Shown here piece after piece: positions 59,015 through 64,000 of a stretch of DNA of 64,000 bases; positions within the stretch are counted from its first letter, which is position 1, and each line of letters begins with the position of its first letter. The stretch is from IMG/VR virus record IMGVR_UViG_3300043446_003193, positions 145,444 to 209,443 of that record; one strand, written 5' to 3'. The position numbers and the translations under genes are program-made. The notes beneath the pieces are model-generated. The model saw only the letters and a program-made list of their open reading frames with translations. It ran no database searches and was not told where the DNA came from.

Positions 59015-59884
59015 TTATATAAAGTTTAATATTGCTAATTCTTTTGCCTTTGCCTCAACCATAATATCTACATCATTTCCATATGTTTCTGGTAATGATT
59101 GAATATAATCCGAATGTGCCTGGGGTTTGTTTCCTTCTTTACTTTCAGAATAGTGTACAACCGGAATAATATCTTTTGGCCAGGTAGATGCCGCTAGTTC
59201 TAATGCTTCTTGTTCAGATAAATCACCTGTACAAAATTTGTGGTGATGGTAATCAAATACAATTGGTATTTTAATCGCGTTGTGAATATACATTAAGTCT
59301 TTTACTGAATACATTGATGCCTTATCATCATTCTCCACTGTCAACCTATTTTGCACCGATTTAGAGAGGCGTTTGTAATTTTTGATAAATCTATCCATTG
59401 CAGACTTTTTATCTCCGTAAACACCATTACAATGAATATTAATCTTATTATAAGGAGTTTTAGATAATCCCATCATATCAAATATCTTACCATGTAGTTC
59501 TAAATCTGCAATTGAATTTTTGATAACCTCTTCTTTTGGAGAAGTCAATACAACATATGGGCCTGGGTGGCAAGTAATACGAATATTATGGAATTTGGCA
59601 TAATCACCCGCTTTCTTTAACTCACTTTTAATTTCTTTGTAATCTTTTAATTGAGTTAAATCAATATGATCACCCCACGGGATGATTGCAGATGATAGAC
59701 GAAAGAAATGAATCTTATGTTGTCTATTCCACTCTAAAATTTTGATAATATCTTTAGCATTTGCTAATGCCAACTCCGAAACATAATCCAATCCTTTGGT
59801 ATTGAATGTTTTCTTCACCATTGAACGATTTGTGGTAACTTTCTTACCCATCGTCATATTAATACATGCATATCCTATATTCAT
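59015..59884 (-). CDS. uvsE: UV DNA damage endonuclease UvsE/UVDE
   Basis: IGYACIN, FFRLSS, HPGPY.VL.SP, INIH, RLTVENDD, DYHHH, HYSES, AHSD, MVEAKAKELA. Confidence 0.95.
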   Translation of the reverse strand: MNIGYACINMTMGKKVTTNRSMVKKTFNTKGLDYVSELALANAKDIIKILEWNRQHKIHFFRLSSAIIPWGDHIDLTQLKDYKEIKSELKKAGDYAKFHNIRITCHPGPYVVLTSPKEEVIKNSIADLELHGKIFDMMGLSKTPYNKINIHCNGVYGDKKSAMDRFIKNYKRLSKSVQNRLTVENDDKASMYSVKDLMYIHNAIKIPIVFDYHHHKFCTGDLSEQEALELAASTWPKDIIPVVHYSESKEGNKPQAHSDYIQSLPETYGNDVDIMVEAKAKELAILNFI

Positions 59885-59888
59885 ATAT

Positions 59889-59920
59889 GTAATATACGAA
59901 AATAAATCTAAATTACCAAA
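59889..59920 (-). promoter_or_regulatory. Bacteroidota sigma70-type promoter (TTTG-N20-TATATTAC), 4 nt before the uvsE ATG
   Basis: Same architecture as the other copies. Confidence 0.72.
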
Positions 59921-59922
59921 TT

Positions 59923-61014
59923 TTAGTAAGTTTTGGTATTATTTTCTTCATTAATTAGTTTGCTAAGCTCTTTTTCTGTACCTTTCTTTGAACTTAACCA
60001 ATATTTAACCGCTTTTGGGTTATTTATCCATAAATTTCTCTTTTGCCATGGAAATTCAGGATGCATATATTCTTCCCATTGTAAATTTGGGATTTCTTCT
60101 TCTATAAATTCATTAGTAGATGTAACATCATCCAAAGAATCACCAGACTCAATAGATTTTTCTTCATTTTTTGTGTTAATCTCATTTTTTTCGTTTTCGT
60201 TAATAATATCATCACCGTAAACCTCATATAAACCCATTTTTTGGTTATTTTCAACCATTTCTCCAATAATTTCTTCTCTAGATTTCTTTTTTTGTAAAAT
60301 TAGTCCGTTAAATGCAATAATAAGTGCAACTGCCAATGGGTCAAACACAATTACAATCAAAAATATAAAGAATTTTACAACATTTTTCAATTCCATACCA
60401 AATGCTTCGGCTACAAACCTAAAACCACCCACTTCTTTCTCTAAATCTAAATTTTTTAACTTAATTTCGTTGATTTTTTCGGTATTTTGAGCATTTTCAG
60501 TTTGCAAACCATCAATTTTTTTGTTAATTTGAGCAGTTTGTTTATCTTTGTTATCAATTGAACGCAAAAGTCGGTTATTTACCTTACCTTTATCCAAAAT
60601 TGTGTTTTGCGTTGAGGATAATTGTCCTAATTGAGTGTTTAGTTGAGTAATTTGAGATGTATTTTGTTCAATTTTTGTTTGATAAACAGCAATTTCTCTA
60701 TCAACTACTTGCAATTTAAGTGATTGGGCCTGAAATGCGTTGGATAGATATCCAAAAATGCCGGCAGAGGTAATTAACATCAATACTGCAACGGCTGAAG
60801 TGAGATACCATTTGTTAAATCCTTTCAAATTATCCCATTCTTGCTTTAAATAAGTTGCAGAAACTAATTTAGCAAACTCCAACGCGCCCGCCATTACCAT
60901 AACAGCAGTGGCTGCCCCACTAAATAGTACACCTAGTCCTGTTACTGAGAAAAATGCCGCACATCCTGCAATAATTAGTGCGGAGAAACCCACTAAATAT
61001 TTAAGCCAATTCAT
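59923..61014 (-). CDS. Multi-TM membrane protein with coiled coil
   Basis: Three N-terminal TM segments, long coiled coil, TM FFIFLIVIVFDPLAVALIIAF. Confidence 0.65.
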   Translation of the reverse strand: MNWLKYLVGFSALIIAGCAAFFSVTGLGVLFSGAATAVMVMAGALEFAKLVSATYLKQEWDNLKGFNKWYLTSAVAVLMLITSAGIFGYLSNAFQAQSLKLQVVDREIAVYQTKIEQNTSQITQLNTQLGQLSSTQNTILDKGKVNNRLLRSIDNKDKQTAQINKKIDGLQTENAQNTEKINEIKLKNLDLEKEVGGFRFVAEAFGMELKNVVKFFIFLIVIVFDPLAVALIIAFNGLILQKKKSREEIIGEMVENNQKMGLYEVYGDDIINENEKNEINTKNEEKSIESGDSLDDVTSTNEFIEEEIPNLQWEEYMHPEFPWQKRNLWINNPKAVKYWLSSKKGTEKELSKLINEENNTKTY

Positions 61015-61015
61015 A

Positions 61016-61192
61016 TTATCGGTTAATTCTTACTAGCTCATTTACTCTTTCAATGATTTTTCTACTATCATCAATAATTAAACTAGCATCTGATGGTGTT
61101 AATTGTTGTGCACCTTTAATTCCGTTTTGTAAAACTCTTAATTTTCCATCTAAAGACTCTAATAAAGTCTGTATTTTTTCGTTGTATATCAT
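61016..61192 (-). CDS. Small hypothetical protein (58 aa, absent from the ORF track)
   Basis: MIYNEKIQTLLESLDGKLRVLQNGIKGAQQLTPSDASLIIDDSRKIIERVNELVRINR; fills the gap exactly; late motif at 61197-61204. Confidence 0.7.
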   Translation of the reverse strand: MIYNEKIQTLLESLDGKLRVLQNGIKGAQQLTPSDASLIIDDSRKIIERVNELVRINR

Positions 61193-61212
61193 AGTAATAA
61201 ATATTTTTAAAT

Positions 61213-61246
61213 AAAAAAAGGTAGAAGTAATGACCCTTCTACCTTT
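61213..61246 (-). terminator. Rho-independent terminator after hsp20
   Basis: AAAGGTAGAAG-8 nt-CTTCTACCTTT stem plus U tract. Confidence 0.8.
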
Positions 61247-61278
61247 GTAATATACGAAAAATAACTGAATTAACCAAC
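61247..61278 (-). promoter_or_regulatory. Bacteroidota sigma70-type promoter (GTTG-N20-TATATTAC) abutting the terminator
   Basis: Same architecture as the other copies. Confidence 0.55.
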
Positions 61279-61662
61279 TTTAGGGGTTAATTTTTTTGGT
61301 TTGGACTCTTCCTTTCTTTCAATAGTAATCAATAGAATACCATTTTTGATTTCAGCTTTTGCCTTTCTACCATCAAAGTTTTTTCCAACTTGAACTCTTT
61401 CCTCAATATCCGAAATCAATTGATTAAAAGGATTTTCTAAGTCCTCTGTACTTTTTTTTGCTTTGATTTCAATCTTATCTTCAAAACAATTAATTTCAAT
61501 ATCCTTTGGGTCGTGTCCCAATACTGATAAAGCAATTGTAGCCGCTTCATCTTTAACATCTACTGCAAATTTGTTAGGAACATATGTTGTTGTTTTTGTT
61601 TGTTCCCAAATTGGACTGTTTGCCCATCTTTCTACAATTCTGTCAATCTCTGAATAAAACAT
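61270..61662 (-). CDS. Small heat-shock protein (Hsp20/alpha-crystallin)
   Basis: VLGHDPKDIEI...IEIKA, AKAEIKNGILLITI. Confidence 0.85.
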   Translation of the reverse strand: MFYSEIDRIVERWANSPIWEQTKTTTYVPNKFAVDVKDEAATIALSVLGHDPKDIEINCFEDKIEIKAKKSTEDLENPFNQLISDIEERVQVGKNFDGRKAKAEIKNGILLITIERKEESKPKKLTPKVG

Positions 61663-61699
61663 AATTTTATATTTTTTGGTTAATAATACTCCATATAGT

Positions 61700-61739
61700 T
61701 CAATTACTATACCAAAGGATTATTTACGACAAATTGTCA
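61700..61739 (-). promoter_or_regulatory. Possible sigma54-type promoter with upstream palindrome for hsp20
   Basis: TGGTATA-N4-TTGA at 61700-61714; GACAA-A-TTGTC palindrome at 61728-61738. Confidence 0.4.
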
Positions 61740-61743
61740 GAAA

Positions 61744-62397
61744 TTATTTATTGTTTGTGTAATTTTGTCTTTCAATAATTGTACTCATATGGTCTGCCCA
61801 ATGCATAATATATTGAATGTTTGAACGAAGATATTTTGAAGTATCATACACTTTGAAATATTTTTCATTATCTTCATCATATAAACCATCTGTTAATTTA
61901 ATTCCAAAATATTCGTTTTCTGAAATAGGAATTTGGTAAAGAGATAGTGTGTACAAAGTTCTATCGGTGATTGCCATAAAGGAGTTTTTATCATTACGTC
62001 TATAAACCTCACCTTTATTTTTAATATGCCATTCGGAATCATTTGGTGCATAATGTAATTCTTCTTTTGTACCTAATTTACCTAAATCATGATGTAAAGC
62101 TACAAATACCAATTCCTCTTCAGTAAAATCACAAACACCACCTGCTTCTTCAAATGTTTTTTTCATTCTTAATGCATTCTTACATACATTAAAAATATGG
62201 TCAATATAACCACCAGTATATGCATTATGATAATTTAAGTTGCCGGATGCAGGAGATACTATTAAATTACCACCTAATTCGGTTTCGGAATACATATGGA
62301 GTAATTTCTCCAATCTATCACCTGTAAAATACTTTTTGAGAATACCGATAAAACGGTCATAATTAGCTTTTAATTCAGCTTCTGTCTTTTGTTTCAT
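61744..62397 (-). CDS. HD-domain phosphohydrolase (YhaM-like HD domain)
   Basis: SPAS...YHNAY.GG..DH..NV, LHHDLGK, HWAD. Confidence 0.85.
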   Translation of the reverse strand: MKQKTEAELKANYDRFIGILKKYFTGDRLEKLLHMYSETELGGNLIVSPASGNLNYHNAYTGGYIDHIFNVCKNALRMKKTFEEAGGVCDFTEEELVFVALHHDLGKLGTKEELHYAPNDSEWHIKNKGEVYRRNDKNSFMAITDRTLYTLSLYQIPISENEYFGIKLTDGLYDEDNEKYFKVYDTSKYLRSNIQYIMHWADHMSTIIERQNYTNNK

Positions 62398-62426
62398 ACT
62401 TTTAGAGTTTAATCATTTTCAATACT

Positions 62427-62458
62427 CTAATATACGAAAAATTTTTGATATTACCAAA
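62427..62458 (-). promoter_or_regulatory. Bacteroidota sigma70-type promoter (TTTG-N20-TATATTAG)
   Basis: Same architecture as the other copies. Confidence 0.72.
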
Positions 62459-62462
62459 TTTA

Positions 62463-62780
62463 TTATCTTAGTAATAAGTCCTTCTTAGTCAACAACTTAT
62501 AAAGGATTTCAACCTCTTCTTCGGTAGTTAATTCTGGTAAATCATCATCAAATAACCTCATAGTGAATATTGGATTATCGTTTTCATCAGCATACATGTC
62601 GGACTCTGATGAAAATAAAGTTGGTAGAGTTTCTAAATTTTTCATCTCATTTTCATCCACATCAACTAATGGAATAATATAATAATGAAAATTATCGTCT
62701 TCTTCGTTTACATCTATCCTGTGACATTTCCATTTATCAAAGCTGGCTTCTGTAATCGGTGTTTGTGGTACTATTATCAT
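62463..62780 (-). CDS. Acidic hypothetical protein
   Basis: 105 aa with its own promoter. Confidence 0.6.
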   Translation of the reverse strand: MIIVPQTPITEASFDKWKCHRIDVNEEDDNFHYYIIPLVDVDENEMKNLETLPTLFSSESDMYADENDNPIFTMRLFDDDLPELTTEEEVEILYKLLTKKDLLLR

Positions 62781-62785
62781 AATAA

Positions 62786-62817
62786 CAAATATAGTAAAAA
62801 TTTGTTACAAAAACAAA
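62786..62817 (-). promoter_or_regulatory. Bacteroidota sigma70 promoter, perfect TTTG-N20-TATATTTG
   Basis: Exact -33/-7 consensus; 5 nt before the ATG at 62780. Confidence 0.78.
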
Positions 62818-62819
62818 TT

Positions 62820-63659
62820 TTAATTATTAAACCAATCTCTTTGAATTTGTCTAACCATTGGCCATTCATTTGGATCATTGAAATCTTTTATTTTAGAGTG
62901 GTCAGTTCTAACTATGTTTTCAATTTCTTTCATAAAAATTCCGTACTTACTATGCAAAGGTTCGGTATATATAGCGGTTGGTTGTATACCATACTCTTCA
63001 AAAAATAAATTCATAATAACTCCAGGACCAAATCCCCATTCATATTTAATTGATTCTGGTTTTTTATAAAATTGTTGTTTTCTATAAAAATATAAATTAC
63101 TCGCTAAATCCATTACAAATGAAGAACCATAAAAAATAATATCATTGAAGTTTGTTAAACAATATTCTTCCGCCATCATTCCTTTGAATGTGGACATTAT
63201 TTCCATTGGGATTTTATTTAAAAGATATAATCTTCTATCATGATGTAAAGGATGGAATACCAAATCAAATCTACTTTTTACAACAATATCATATTCAAAA
63301 TTATTTTCAATTTCATATTCTCTTTTTATCTTCATTGATTGTTGAAATCCGTAGAATATAGCAAGTTGATAATCTTTATGTAAAAATGAATCACATTTTT
63401 TTGAATCAATTATATATTTTTTTGGTTTATAAGTATTTAATAAATTTTCAATTTCTTTTTTTTCTAAATCCCTTCTTATATAGTTTGAATTTCTAGTAGG
63501 TCTTTCTGTACTTTCATCCCAAGTATGAAAAAAATAATCTACTACAACCGAATCTTCAGAATTATTAATAAAACATTCTTCCCAAAATTTTTTTTGATTA
63601 TCGGCCGCCATTTCCCAATTTCTTATATGACCACTAAAACAAACAGCTATTCTTCTCAT
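62820..63659 (-). CDS. Putative glycosyltransferase-like protein
   Basis: RIAVCFSGHIR, VDYFFHTW, YDIVVKSRFDL, NDIIFYGS pattern seen in phage/LPS GT-like proteins. Confidence 0.6.
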   Translation of the reverse strand: MRRIAVCFSGHIRNWEMAADNQKKFWEECFINNSEDSVVVDYFFHTWDESTERPTRNSNYIRRDLEKKEIENLLNTYKPKKYIIDSKKCDSFLHKDYQLAIFYGFQQSMKIKREYEIENNFEYDIVVKSRFDLVFHPLHHDRRLYLLNKIPMEIMSTFKGMMAEEYCLTNFNDIIFYGSSFVMDLASNLYFYRKQQFYKKPESIKYEWGFGPGVIMNLFFEEYGIQPTAIYTEPLHSKYGIFMKEIENIVRTDHSKIKDFNDPNEWPMVRQIQRDWFNN

Positions 63660-64000
63660 AGTAATTTCTTTTTTCCGTATTCTAAATTATAATTAGACAT
63701 TTTTAATTTTTGATGTACACAAAATGTATATAAAGCTACGGTTGGATTTGTTATATTTGTTAATCTTTCAAATTCTTTTTTAAATCTTGAAAAGTTACTA
63801 ATAAAATTAAAAGATATAGAGCGAGATATTATTAATGAATATGATAATCCAGACTCTTTCATATTTAATCCTAAATTAACATCATCCGAATATATTTCAT
63901 GTTCATCTAATAAATTATTGATATAAAATTCATTAAACCAATTTTTAGAAAATTCTGATAATTTGTACTTATTTTCATTTATTATAAAAACAAGTTTATA
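63656..64000 (-). CDS. Partial hypothetical CDS (frame open to the right edge)
   Basis: The frame of track ORF 63656..63862 continues without a stop to 64000. Confidence 0.55.
   Translation of the reverse strand, partial: YKLVFIINENKYKLSEFSKNWFNEFYINNLLDEHEIYSDDVNLGLNMKESGLSYSLIISRSISFNFISNFSRFKKEFERLTNITNPTVALYTFCVHQKLKMSNYNLEYGKKKLL

Noticed and set aside
62402-62430. TTAGAGT/ACTCTAA inverted repeat in the HD gene leader
   Set aside because: Short AT-rich stem with a 15-nt loop overlapping the promoter; could be chance
4934-63069. Numerous plus-strand track ORFs (e.g. 35532..36047, 45027..45425, 11320..11676)
   Set aside because: Antisense shadows of long minus-strand genes with no recognisable motifs; only 34159..34344 is intergenic with a promoter
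1-64000. Stop-codon reassignment
   Set aside because: Core genes are full length in code 11; TAG (57534) and TGA (8346) end genes at sensible overlaps
1-64000. tRNA/rRNA genes, self-splicing introns, transposases
   Set aside because: None recognisable; intergenic gaps are small and capsid, portal and terminase are uninterrupted

Overview
AT-rich 64 kb segment of a large T4-like (myovirus-type) bacteriophage genome; nearly all genes are on the minus strand. It holds the head module (neck gp13/14/15-like, major capsid gp23, scaffold, prohead protease gp21, portal gp20, large terminase gp17, many small putative internal-head proteins), two very long fibre/adhesin genes (one ending in a peptidase-S74 chaperone, one in a Hint domain), a baseplate cluster (gp6, gp25, spike-like), replication/recombination genes (fused SbcD-SbcC, primase, T7 endonuclease I-like resolvase), a gp55-like late sigma factor and accessory genes (peptide deformylase, UvsE, Hsp20, HD hydrolase, glycosyltransferases). 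A 59-aa ribosomal protein bS21 gene missed by the ORF track lies just upstream of the scaffold-capsid operon. It and seven TTTG-N20-TAnnTTTG-type promoters point to a Bacteroidota host. Most notable observations: (1) a bS21 + structured leader + isolated Shine-Dalgarno arrangement at the scaffold gene; (2) a 20-bp operator-like direct repeat shared by a lone RHH gene and the capsid-operon promoter; (3) apparent prohead-protease-processed polyproteins, including a 1361-aa nucleotidyltransferase/HExxH/ligase-like fusion; (4) a fibre-Hint / possible dead-Hint / GT7-LamG operon, alongside a pervasive [ST]-[GAS]-S motif in outer virion proteins; (5) a late-promoter-like motif that is the reverse complement of the T4 late promoter. 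All assignments come from motif recognition by eye; no searches were run.
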